From assembly GCA_013265495.1 (NCBI GenBank), contig MU057989.1:635513-699512 (forward strand): DNA of 64,000 nt. The letters run 5' to 3'. How positions within the stretch are numbered: the stretch's first letter is position 1; each line of letters starts with the position of its first letter. The position numbers were made by a program, and so were the translations under genes. Source of the stretch: Vicugna vicugna. Taxonomy: Eukaryota. Below, in pieces: positions 39,445 through 51,700 of this stretch. The notes under the pieces were generated by a model that saw only the letters and a program-made list of their open reading frames with translations, was not told the DNA's origin and did no database searches.

Positions 39445-41299
39445 ATTCAAGCCCCATTCAGATGAGCCCCCTACTCCTCAACCTGGCCTTCACCTTTGGA
39501 CACCCTGTCCCCACAAGAACAGAGGAGACCCCGGCAGCTGGACCAGGAACCCCCCACCCCATCCCTATGACCTCCCAGGGCCAGCAGCAAAGGCTGATGA
39601 GGGGTCTCCCCAGACAGGGGGGCTACCTGGCCACCTGTGTGGACAGCCCTGCATGCAGCCCCAAATGCCACCCCTGCAGGGTGGAACATACCAGAGGCCT
39701 CTGAGCAGGGTGATGTCTGGTGGCCAGATGCTACCAGGGATAGTCAGGGAGACCCTGGCCAGTGCAGACAGCCTCCAGTGAGCAGCTGGAGGCCTGTGAG
39801 CCCAGTTTAAGAGGGGAAGACTGAGGGCAAGTGGGCCTTGTATCATCTTGGGGGATCTGAAGGCCAGAGGTCGGTCAGTGCGTGGAGGTAGTGGTCAGAG
39901 CAGAGCCAGACCCACCACTGCCAACTCCCTGGAGCAGGGCCTCCCCATTCCCACGTGTCCTCTGGAGCATCATCCGTGGAGCAGGGCACAGCTAAGGACC
40001 TGTGCTCCCTGGTGTTGGAGTCACTCAGACCCTGTCCCTCAGGCTCCACAACTGGACTTCTGCGTCATCCCTGAGACCAAGGTCCTGATTTACTCATTCT
40101 CTCTGCCAGATAGGCCCAATGTCTCTTCCCAGGGGCCTCGGTGCCGTCTGCTGGGCCTGTGTGAGGACAGCTGGCCTGTATTCTGCCCACCTGCACTTGG
40201 TGAATGAAGGGGGCCCTGCCATGCTCACCTCCCACCTGGGCTGCCCGTATCTCAGGCCACAGCTTCCTGGATGCTCCTCTCTCCTGACTCCTGCCCCCAT
40301 CCCTGACCCCCATGGCCTGAGAATTCAGTTCTCAGTCCCCTTAGGTGGCCCCAGCACCATGACCGCTGACCACCTGAGACCAAATAGCCTTTCCCAGAGG
40401 AGGGAGGAAGTGGTGCCTTCACTGCAAGATGGCCCTCCTCACTGCACTGGCCCCCAGAACCCTCATGGAAGGACGGGGACAGGCTCATCCCTGGAGATCC
40501 GAGTGCCCTGGGACAGAGGAGGGGGTGCCCAGCCTGCACCCCAACCTGGGAGCCAGCCACAGGTGGTCTGTATTGGCCCCAAGGGCTTGGGGAATGCATG
40601 TGCCTCCACTGAGGGGCCTGGGAGGAACACCAGGACCTCAGGAGCCGGGCCATAGAGGAGAACCCCAGGGCCAAGAGCCACCCCCGGCCCAGCTCAGTGA
40701 CGCCTCTTCTCCAGAAGGCCTCTGTGGTTACCATCCCTCTTAGAATGGCGAGCCTCACCTCCAACGGGGGGCGCAGCAGGGAGAGGCCCCTGGGGGCTGC
40801 TCACCCAATACGAGGGCAATTTCTGTAGCAGGCTCTGGGTGATGGACCCCACCACGCCTGCACCACCTCTCTTGGTCCCCAGGGCCCTGGGCAGGTCTGA
40901 GACTGTCTCCTCTATCTTAAGAGTGGAAGAAGGATGCCAAGGTGGTACCCAGGTCTGCTGATTCCAGGTTTAACCACTTGGCTGCACTGCTCAACGTCAC
41001 CTCTGCCTGCCTGCAGCCTTTCCAGCTACTTCCTGCTCCTCCTATTCCGTCATTGGTACCTAGGGAGATGGGCTTTGTCCCCTCAGCCCATCGTGGGCTG
41101 TCCTTGGCATGTGTTTTCTTATTCCATGCCGTGATCTAGTCCTTCCTAGCAGCTCCTGGCAGCCGTGGGGACACCTTCCTGGCATTGCCCCAGATACCCC
41201 TCCCCAGAGTGGCTCAGGCCTTAGAAGTCACAGTCTTTCCTGCCACCTGTCTCCTCTTCTTCTCCCAGCCTACACCGAGGCAGCCTGGACCCGACTTAC

Positions 41300-41700
41300 C
41301 TCCAGGGCCTTGTTGCCCCAGGAATGCCTTGACTTGGGGGCCGGGGGGGCTCCATCCCAGCGTTCCTGGGCTCAGCCCTGCTCCAGTGAACAGAGGCAGC
41401 TGGGCGGTGGTGGGGATGTCCTGGGAATCTCTGTGGCTGGTCAGCTGGGCCCCGAGCCGTCAGGATCTATCCCAGGCAGGAGTGAAGCCCTGTCTGAAGG
41501 GATCAGGAGGTGCTGACTGCACAGGGGAGCAGGGACTTGGTCCGCCAGCTCCTGTAGTCAGTCCCCTCAGCCCACTGGCTGTCACGGCCCCTGGGGCTCC
41601 TACCCTCTTCCTGTGCGGGGCTCCACCTCAACCCTCCTTCCTGTCTGATTTCAAAAGCCAACAGCCTCACAGACAAATCAATGAGCCGCAGCTGCCTCGG
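41300..41700 (-). promoter_or_regulatory. NLRC3: Candidate NLRC3 first exon and promoter region (5' limit uncertain)
   Basis: Consensus donor GAG|gtaagt with exon end at 41300, in sequence with no recognised repeat, downstream of the SLX4 poly(A) signal. Confidence 0.4.
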
Positions 41701-44700
41701 CTTTGTTATCGCCCCAGAAGTCAGAGGTAGGAGTGCTGCTAGGGTCTTGATTCGAGGACCGAGTACCCCTGCACACCTGATGGTCAGGAGAAAGTGGTTC
41801 AGGCAACATCACAAGGGAAAACAGACCCACCACCAGTAGACCTTTGCTGTTCAGGGGGTTGGTAAGGAAACCAGGTCAGCAGTGAGGATGCTCAGTGACT
41901 TGCCCAAGAACACCCAGCAGGCAGCTGACCTCACTGGGGCTGCAGCTACGTCCACCGACTTCCAGGTCAGCATGCTGAAATGGTGTGGCCCTCCTCACCA
42001 TCTCTAAACAGCCCCCCTTGCTTTCCTTCTCGCTTAGCACCCCACAGGCACCTTTGCCCCAGCTGTACCTCACAGTGTCTTCCTGAGTCAAAGGCCCCTA
42101 AGGCAGATCAGTTACACCTGAAACGGCAGAAAGGGGCTGTTCGCTCAGGCTCCTGGAAGTGGACCTCAGCACATGGGCTGCACTGATGGGGAAGGTATGA
42201 GAGACCAGCGTGAAAAACATGAGAAAAGTTATAATGGAAGAAAAATACAGAACATCCTCTGGTGCCAGAAAGCAAACCACTGAATGTGGAGCCACCAAGA
42301 AAAGGAGGTGACAAGGTGGGAGCACAGTGATGGGGGCCTGGATTTTCCTCAGCAAGCAAGTGGGAGCCGGTGATGGTTGTAGAGCAGGACAGCAATAGGT
42401 TCAGATGCATGCAGCAGCTTGTGTATGAGCAGAGGTGGAAGGGGGTGTATGCTTGTATTAGTCTGTCCTCAAGAGCTGTGTGGGTGATGGAGGGGAGAGG
42501 AGGGGACCAAGGTGGTAGATCAGAAGTGCTCCATATGATGACCATGCCCCCTCCCCCTCCTTCTATCAGTGTTTGCCAGGAGCTGAGGGAAACACAGTGG
42601 CTACCCTCCAGAAGCTTGCTGAGACTCCAGGCAGGCAGAATGTAGACTGGTGGCTGCAGCCTCAGCCGGAGGTGCAGTGAAGTCATCTGAAAGCAGGCGG
42701 CCCACAGGATGTTGGAAACCGCAGGGGCCTGGTAGGTATCTGTCACACGGGAGAGGCCAGGAGGCCTGCTCTGCCCCTCCTTCCACCACTCAGGGTGGGT
42801 GGATCCTGAGCACAGAGGAAACAGCGTCCCCTGTGGGGATCCCGGGAGCATCCCTAAGTTGGCATTGGCCCCCAGCTTTCCTCCCCACCTGGAAGGGATG
42901 TCCCACAACCAGACAGGGTTGGGCCATGGGCTCCCTCTGCCAGCACCCCTGAGAGGTTGGGGGGCCTTCTCCTGACTCTCCTGCGGGTGTTCACATGTTT
43001 GGGGTCGGGGTCTCCCATGGTCATTCTCACTCTGGGGCTTTCTGTCCACCCAGAGCTGTGGTCAGCCAGAAGGGCCCTTCCCAGCCCTGCTTGAGGCTTC
43101 CTGCCTGTTTGGGGGGGCTGCTCTGGGGCTGCGCAGGCCCCTGGGGCCCCCTTGCCTGGGCGCTGCTCAAGCTGGGCTGCCTTGAGTGATCATGTCCAGG
43201 CTGAAGTCAGGCTACAGGAAGTGGGACCGGCCTGAGAGGTCACATCACATCAAAGTGTGGGTGTCTCATGGTTTTCGCTGTACCGGGGCTCAGCGTGCTT
43301 TCTTCCTGTGGCGGCAGGGCAGCTTCTGCAGAGGAACGCCTGGGCCTGCTGTCCCCCATGAGGCCGCTGGCCGCAGCTCCTCCAGGCTCTCTGCAGGCAC
43401 TGGGAGAGGACAGCTCTTCATCACCAGCTCCTTTTCAATCAATTGGCTACACCTACTTCTCTAGGTCCTGAGCAGGTCTAATTCTTCCAGAAATGTCAAG
43501 CTTTCCTGGGATGCTGGGATTCTCGGGCTGTAGTGGTTTCTTTCCTGCAGTGACTGGTTTAACCCCTTCCCCTGCTTTGCACACAGTTCAGGCTGCAGCT
43601 CGAGCCCTGGCCAGGCCCACTGCTATCCCCTGCTGGCCTCTAGGAGGCGCTGCACAGACCCGACTGGCCAAGGTCTTCAGCTCCCAGACCTACCCTCCCT
43701 GCCTTTACCTGGCTGGTGCCTTTATACCAATTTTAACCCTTCCTCCAACATCTCTTTATCAACCTGGAGTTGGTGATGTCCTGGGAGCCTGAGACACCTT
43801 CCAAGGAGCGAGGGCTCCCCAGGCCACTCCCCAGGGGGTGTACCCAAAGCTGCACCATCTCCCCAACGAGCCAGTGAAGCCAGGTCAGGACCCTGAGACA
43901 CCGCCCTTCTTCCTAACTGTCTCATTTCCCTAAAACAGTCTGTACCATGGAGGGGGAATCAAGCTCTTCATACAAGAAACACACGGTAGCTTCTAGAACA
44001 GGCCAGGCTCCATCTTCAGTCTGGTCAGAGCAGTGTGACCTAAGCCCTGGCTTCCCTCTTAGTCGTCTGCCCCTGGGCAGCATGCACGGCCAGGTCCTGT
44101 CCGCCTGGTCACTAATCAGGATGCACAACACACGTTCAAGAAGCCCCAGTTCACCTCCCTGAACACTGCACGCCCGAGGCCCAGCTCACAAGCCCCTCTT
44201 CTGGGAAGCTGTGCCTTGGGCCACCCGAGCACTGACCCTGGCACCCAGCACAGGCCAGGCCAGTCTGTCTCCTCCACCAGATGACCAGAAGCATCTGTTA
44301 CCACTCTCTCCACAGGGCCCAGCACACAGGCCAGACCAGGCTTCACAAACTCATCCTGTTAAAATGCAAACTCTGACTCCGTGGGTGTAGGCGGCCCGAG
44401 CATGCATGTAACAAACCCTGGCCATGCTGCTGGGCCTCCAGCCTCTCCTGGAGCATTGCGGACAGCAGCTCAGCTCCTGGTGTGGGTGTGTGGACAAATG
44501 TGGATGAAGGAAAGAATGAACATGTGCTATCTAAGAACCAGAGGAACGAGGAGCAGCAGGCCTGGGCCACCCCTTGAGACGAAGAACAGGCACAGGCCTT
44601 GTGCAGACGTGGGTGTGGGGGCAGCAGCGGGGCTGTGGGCCCCCTCTCCACAGCCTGTTTCTCTCCTTATTTTTCTGGAGTGTAGTATCTGGAAGGTTTT

Positions 44701-44717
44701 CATAAAGCCTTTTTGTT

Positions 44718-44723
44718 TTTATT
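44718..44723 (-). terminator. Candidate SLX4 poly(A) signal
   Basis: AATAAA on the - strand (tttatt) about 600 nt after the stop codon. Confidence 0.65.
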
Positions 44724-45320
44724 GCACAACATATCAAACAGACTGCACGGTATTTAAAACAGGACAAGACATTCACCGGGACAAGGAGACCTAAACTTCT
44801 TTCCTGGCCCTCACCTGGAACCAGTTAATGAGGAACGTGCTTATCTGGGGGGCTTCAGAGTTGTCCTGGGCCTTCTGCACTGGCCCGTTTGGAGACTGCT
44901 GGTGACAATGACAGGTGTCTGGGCAGGATGGCTGGGCCAGCAGAACACCTAGGGCCTGGCAGTGTGGGGCCTATAGACACCTGGTCTGCTGGTGGAGCTG
45001 GGATTACAGCCCAAGTGCTGAGAAGGAAGACACAGGTGGGACACCGTGGACCCAGACATCCACCTCGGGACACAGACACCTGTGGCAGGTGGACGGAGAC
45101 AGCAGAAGACGCAGCTGAATCAGGCCTCACCCTGGCCAGCTGGTGGTAGCCTACCACCCTCCTGAAATAAACTAGGGCCCAACGGGGTTAAAAGAAGACG
45201 CACGGTGGGCACAGATGGAGGGAGGGGCCAGGGCCCTGAATCCAGCGGGCGACACCTCGGAGTACCACTCCAGGGAAAGGAGCCAGGAGGAATCCGATCT
45301 GGGTGGGTGCCACCATTACT

Positions 45321-45771
45321 TCACAGGGGAGTGGAAACCCCACGGGGGCCGGGCTCAAGAAGGGGGCTGCAGACCCTCAGGCTGCTGATGGCCGGGGGTG
45401 GGGAGGGGGGCACAGGCCTGCTGGTCCTGCCCTGCTTCTTCTTGCCCACACACCGCCGTCTCTTCCTCTCCATCTTCTCCCTGCGGGCGGCAGCTGTGGT
45501 GAAGGTGATGCAATGGGCATCCAGGAAGTCCAGCAGCTTCCCCATGGCCACGCGGATGCCTTGCTGCTTCAGCTCAGCCTGCAGCTCTGCCAGCTCGAAG
45601 GGCTGGTACAGGAGGACCTTGCGGTAGAGGGCCGGCTGGGAGCGTATGTAATGCCTCACGGCCTCCTCTGTGGCCGCTGCCTGGACGGCCGCCTGCGAAG
45701 CGCTAACCCCCTCCTCGCCTGCCTCGTCTTCTCCCGCAGACTCCAAGGCCGCTCCAAACTCACAGGAAGAA
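45321..45771 (-). CDS. SLX4: SLX4 last coding exon (451 nt including TGA), SLX1-binding domain
   Basis: SSCEFGAALES...LYRKVLLYQPFELAELQAEL...LLDFLDAHCITFTT...STPL*. Confidence 0.94.
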
Positions 45772-48700
45772 CTGAAAAGAACCAGGCAGTAACATCTGCA
45801 ACACCCCTTCTCTCTCTCCAGCCCACTACCTGAGACCAGGAGTCTCTTGGAGGGAAGGAGTTTGCGTCCCCTGAGGAGCCCAGCACGTGGCATGGACAAC
45901 CCCCAGGGTGGCAGGACCTCCAGGCTGCTGTGTTCCTGGTACTCTAGCCACTGGCCTGAGCCGGATCACACCCTCAGCCAGACTCCACTGCTGCGGGCAG
46001 ACGTGCTAGGCTGGCCTCACTTGAGGGAGCATCACCTGGGTGAGGACGCAGGAGCTCCAAAGGTTTGCACAGGAGGCCCACGGGTGCTGCCCGTTAACCC
46101 CACCCGGGTCTCCTGTCATTCAAACCCGGAAGGCAACCAAGATTTCTGAACATTGGCCATTAGGACTCACTTATGCCAACTCTCAGACTCACTGGTCAGA
46201 AGGCCTATGAAGCCACTGGCCTTGTCCCTCCATCTGGTTACCTTTGTGAGCTACAGGAGCTGTCACTGCTGTCCGCAGAGGTGGCCGTGGATTCCTGGGA
46301 GGCCGGGAGCTGGGTGTCACCATCAGGGCCTGGAGGCACCTCCTTGGCTGGTGAGACGCTCAGGACCAGGTTGCTTCCACCAGGCTGCTGCTTTAGATGC
46401 TGGGGGCCCTTGGTCTTGGCAGGCCCCTTGGACCTTTGGGGAATAGGGCGAGAAGTGGCCTCCACCTGGGTGTGGCCAGCTGCCCTTGAAGCCTTGCAGG
46501 TCTTGGTGGTGTGAGACTGGCTACAAGGAGCCTCCAAGGGCACGTGTGAGGACCAGCTCTCATCCTCGGAGTCTGACTCCAGCGTCTGATGAGTGTACTG
46601 GAATATCTCCTTCAGTTTCAGGACCATCTGGCGTTTGGGCAGAGGGCGGACCCCAAACCTGAAGGGGGAGACAGGTGAGCTTCAGCAGAGAGCAAACAGT
46701 TATCAACAAATTAAATTAAAAAAAAACAAATTAAATTAATGGCTTTGTGTAAACTGAATCTTAAATGCTTGACTTATGAGCATTCAGAAGTTGGTATCTA
46801 TGCTGCATGCCCACTGAGCTTGTTCTGAGGAATATTCCGGAAGGGCCATTCCCTGAGTTCTGAGTGGTGGTGGTAGCGATGACCTCCACAGTGCCAAAGG
46901 TGAACAGCAGCATTCATTGGGATGTGATAGTTTCTTTTCTTTTCTTTTCCTTTCAATGGAGGTGTTAGGGATTGAACCTGGGACCTCGTGCATGCTAAGC
47001 AAGTGCTTGACCACTGAGCTATCCCCTCCCACCAGGATGTGATAGTTTTGATGTTCTTTAAAAAAATCAAGTCTCCATCCTCAGACTGTTAAGGGTCCCA
47101 TTCCCATCCACGTGGCACAGGGAGACCTTCACCTGATGGGTAATATGGAAAAGTGTCACTTCTTGGCTCTTGGCCCTGGGTGATTTGGGAAACAGTATAT
47201 GGAGAGTTGGCAGCCACTCACATGCCCCCCCACCAGCCAGAGGCTCCCACCACCAGAGCCCAGGGTGGAGCCCTGTGGCGCATCCTTCTGCTCTCCGCCT
47301 CGCTGAGCCTGGTCACATGCACAGGAGGGAGGGAGGGAGGGACCATTTATGAGAAAGCTTTAAAGAATGACACCAACCTATCCAGTTCTTTCTTCAGCAC
47401 TGGGGTCTCCATGATGGAATACCTTGGCATAGGGGTTATGGGCACTTTGGGGGGCAAGTTCTTCTTCCGATTAGCACCTTCTGGGTAGAACAAAAGAAAC
47501 ACATGTTTTAGCTCAAGAGATCTGGCTTTGCCTCTTCGGACCTCAACAGTGTCTCCCAGAGAAATACTGCACTTGCTCCAGGAGAGCAGTGATGTCCGCC
47601 CCTTCGCTGTTTGACTCCGCCATCATGTCTTCCCAAGGGAAATCGTCACACGGCACATGGTGGGGGGCCCACAGGCTTACGTGGTGCTGATGCTGTGTGA
47701 AGGGCTAGAAAGCTGGCTAGTGGTGGCCAGGGCCAGGGTGAAGGGGCAATGGGGGGGCAACTGCCAATGGGTATAGGATTTATTTTTGGGTGATGAAAAT
47801 ATTCTGGAATTAGATAATGGTGACAGTTGCAGAATATTGTACTAAAAAAACCACTGAATTGTACACTTGAAAGGGTGAATTTTACGGTATATGAATCACA
47901 CCCCCATAATGCTGTTATTTAAAAAAAGAAATCAGTATTTTAAAGACAAATGGGGCAGCTTAAGAACATATAGACTTTGGTTCTTATCCTTTTTATAAGC
48001 ATGCAGCCCTCTGAGACACCAGTGAAAACCACAGACTGTCTCCTGAATAGTGCACAAAATTCTCTATATAATTTCAGTGAATTTGTCGCCCCTGAATCTC
48101 TCCTCAGATTCTAAGGTCCTCTGGCCTAAAGTCTCAGACCTACAGCAGTTCTCACACACCACCTGGGAACCCGTTAGAAATGCAAATTCTTGGTCACACT
48201 CCAGACCCCTGAAGCAGAAGCTCTGGGGTAGGGCCGGTCCACGTGTGCTTTAAGTTCTCCAGGCAATTCTGACATCTGCTCAAGGCTGAAAGCACTGGTC
48301 AGCGATGCCCAGTTGGTCTAGGAATTTAGGAGGAAATGAAACGCCAGGTCATGGGCAGATGCTTTGCCTACATGCTCTGCTTCTCAGTCACCAGTCACTG
48401 CTCAGTGTCACCCTGCCCCTTCCTGGGGTCTCCCTGGATCTGCCCAGCCGAAGGCAGGGAGGTGGACAGGAGCACCTGGAGGGGCCCATACCAACACTGG
48501 GGGCCTTGGTTCTCCTGTGACTGAAATGAGCTGGGAAGGGGCGTCCCTGCACCAGAGGGGCGGACGAGGAAGGAGGGAGGCGCACAGCGGACTTGCCACA
48601 TTTGCCCCCCCGTTTTTTGTTTTTTTTTAATTGAGATGAAACTCACATAACCAAATTTCAAAGTGAGCAATTCAGTAGCACTTAGTACTTTCACAGTGTG

Positions 48701-51700
48701 GTGCGACCACCACCTCTAATGAATTCTAAACCATCTTCATCACACCCAGAGGAAATTCCACACCCAACAAGCAGTCACTCCCCGTTCTCCTCTTCCCTGA
48801 GGCCCTGGCAATCACTAATCTACTTTCTATCTGTATGGATTTGTCCAATCTGGGAATTTCATATAAATGGAATCACAGAGTGTGTGGTCTTCCGTGCCTG
48901 GTTTCTTTCACTGAGCATCGTGTTTTCAGGGGTCACGCTGGTGGTAGCACGTGGCAGCACTTTTTTCCTTTATATGCTGGATAATATTCCACTGTACGGA
49001 TGGACCATATTTTATTTACCAATTGATGGACATCTGGGTTGTTTCCACCTTTGGGCTACTATGAATAATGCTGTTGTGAACATTCATGCACAGGACCTGC
49101 CTGAGTCCTGATTTCAATTCCTTTGAATTGACACGTAAGAGGGGAATCACTGGGTAATGATGGCAACTCTGAATTTTTGAGGAAACCCCCCATGCCTGCT
49201 TTGCAGGTGCCCCTGGGGTGCCTGTCACAGACTCTTGGAGGTGCTGGTTCAGCATTCTGGGGTGGAGTCCAGAGACGGGGATCTTTAACGGTGCCCAGGT
49301 GAGCTGCAGCCTCCAGGCAGTTTGGGAAGCCCTGACTTACTGGCTAAGAAGTACGTTAGTGATAGCAAGCCAGTCCTCCTGACCATGGGGAGGGGTCAGG
49401 CAGCAAGGGGAGGGAGTGCCACAGGTCAGCAGGCCCCGGGTTGTCATTATGACCCTCCACGCCCCTTAGTGTAAACTAATGTGAAAGACAGACACCCTCC
49501 CACTACTCACTCGGTGTCTGAAACTCTCCTGCTCTCTGAGCTCCATCAGCACCCGGCATCTGGGCCAGAGGAAGAGCCTCTGGGGACTTCTGTTCCTCTC
49601 CATCCCAGTCTTCCCACAGAGCTGAATTCAGAAAGCTCAGCCTGCTGCTTCCAGGGGAGCCGGCCCCAGGGGATTTCTCTTGAGACTTTCTTAGGCCAGT
49701 ACAACTTCCTCGGATGGGGGTGGTGCCCAGCAGTGCTGGGGAGTGGCAGTCACCACTGTCCGGGGCGCCCCCTGCCCTACTGCCGGGGCTGCTGGTGCTC
49801 AGGGGGCCCGTCCGCTCAAGGTTCAAGTGGTCAATCGGAATTGGTGAGAGGGGCTCCATGTGCCAACACCAGTCGTTGACTGGAATCGGGGGGTCACCGT
49901 CCAGCAGGGGGCTGCTGCTTGCCTGCTGGGGGGCCCTGTCCTGCTCGTCTTCACTGTCCTCCACCTCCACCACTTCACTGGCTGTGGCCTGAGCTGCCGG
50001 GCTTGGGCCAGGTGGTGGGCGCTTCTGGAGCTGCCCGGTGAGATCGGTGAGGACTCCTGAGACAGGACAGGGAGCTGGAGGAGAGAAGTGCTGGTGGTGT
50101 CTGGGACGGGGACTGGACGGGCTTCTGCAGACCTGCCTCCCACTGTCAGAGCTGCCAGGAGTGACGAGGCCCAGGCGTGACGATGACATCTGGGGCACAA
50201 TGACTGAAAACTTATTCGTGGCTTCTGGCGCATCCCTGTTCTCTAACGGGGCCCTGGGCTTAGGTGGGGCCACTTGATCTGCTGAGGGCCTGGACCCGAG
50301 GCCCGTGATCTGGGTCTGCGATGAACAGTTGCGGCTTCTGCTGGCCAGCGGGGTGGCAGGCACCAGCCATGATGTGTCTGTGGTGCTGTCCTCGCCGCGG
50401 CTGCTCTCAGGGTCACAGAACAGCTGGGAGGTCCCTCTGCCCCCAACAGAGCCCCGGTTCCCTGACGGCCCCTCCGCCTCCCGCTGCAGCATGGCCTCCC
50501 TTCCTGGTGGGCTTTGGGAAGGGTCCTGCTCCGCATCAACGTCGATGATGGAAAACAGCTCAGAGGACTTGGTGCTCACTTCTAGAACTTTCCTTTCTTC
50601 TGGGGGACCATTAAAAACTGACTTTGTTCTGGTTTGCTCTAGCTCCAGCTCTTCATCTGAATCCAATAAAAGGATAATCTCATCTTCTCTGTTCATGCCA
50701 GATGGAGAGTTCTGAGACCTGGAACTCAAACAGCCAGGTTTTGACTGGGTTATGTCCATGGATGGAGATTTTTCTGGGGAGATCAGGACCCCTTTACCTC
50801 TGCATGCCAACACAGAACCACACTCCTTGCCTTTCTGGCTGGGCTCCTTATGTGATGTGGGAAGGCTCCTTGCCCTCTTTGGCTTTGCTGGTGCGTTCTG
50901 GGAGGCCACCCTGGAAGCGGTGCCCTGTGACTGGGGGGTTGGCGGGGACAGGTCAGTGGTGTGATGAGGGCAAGCGCGTGGCCGGCGGGGACTCCTGCCC
51001 GGAGGGGACTGTGATGGGAAGGAGTGTGAGGGTGAGGGGGGTGCCTGCTGAAGAGGAGGGGGAGGGGAACTCCCCACTCCTGGTTCCCAGATGGTGCCGT
51101 TTCCTTCCTTGCGATCACTTGTCACCTGGGACAGTACAGGGTGTCCGGCGAGAAGTGACGAGAAGGGCTGTTCAGAGCACAAAGAGGTGCCCTCCTCCTT
51201 CTCTGTCAGGCCCCGCGCAGGGCCGGGAGAGCGGGGACCGTCCAGCCCTTCCTTCGGCGACTCTGCCCGCTCTGCCCCGTCCCAGCCCTGGCCCCCAGCG
51301 GGCAGGGGAACGGACGGTCTGATGTCTTTCCATTTGGCTGGGGCCTCATCTCTCCCTCTTCCAGATGATTCCATCTGTTCTTCGTCTCCTGACTGTTCTT
51401 TATCCTCAACGCTTGTGAAGATTCCCCCAGAAACTGGGCCATCCTCCCCTAGCTGGTCAGCTTCTCCCTCGACCTCTGGAGCCTTCTCCCCCTGGAGAAG
51501 CTTTCGCTGAGTAGCTGCAAACTCATAAATTTCTTCCATCTCTGCCTCATTCACTCTTTCTCTGTCTTCTTCACGGTCCTCGGATCTCACCAGAGCCTCT
51601 GCTTCCTCCTCCTCCTCCAGCCACACTGCCCGCAGGAGCTCCTGGAAGGTCTCCGCTCTGCTTTCACAGTCCTCGCCTTCCTGCTCCTCCCGCAGCCCGC

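Noticed and set aside
42108..43049. 313-aa ORF on the - strand between SLX4 and NLRC3
   Set aside because: Low-complexity P/S/L/G composition, appears to run into L2-like sequence, no domain; expected by chance in GC-rich DNA. PhyloCSF would settle it
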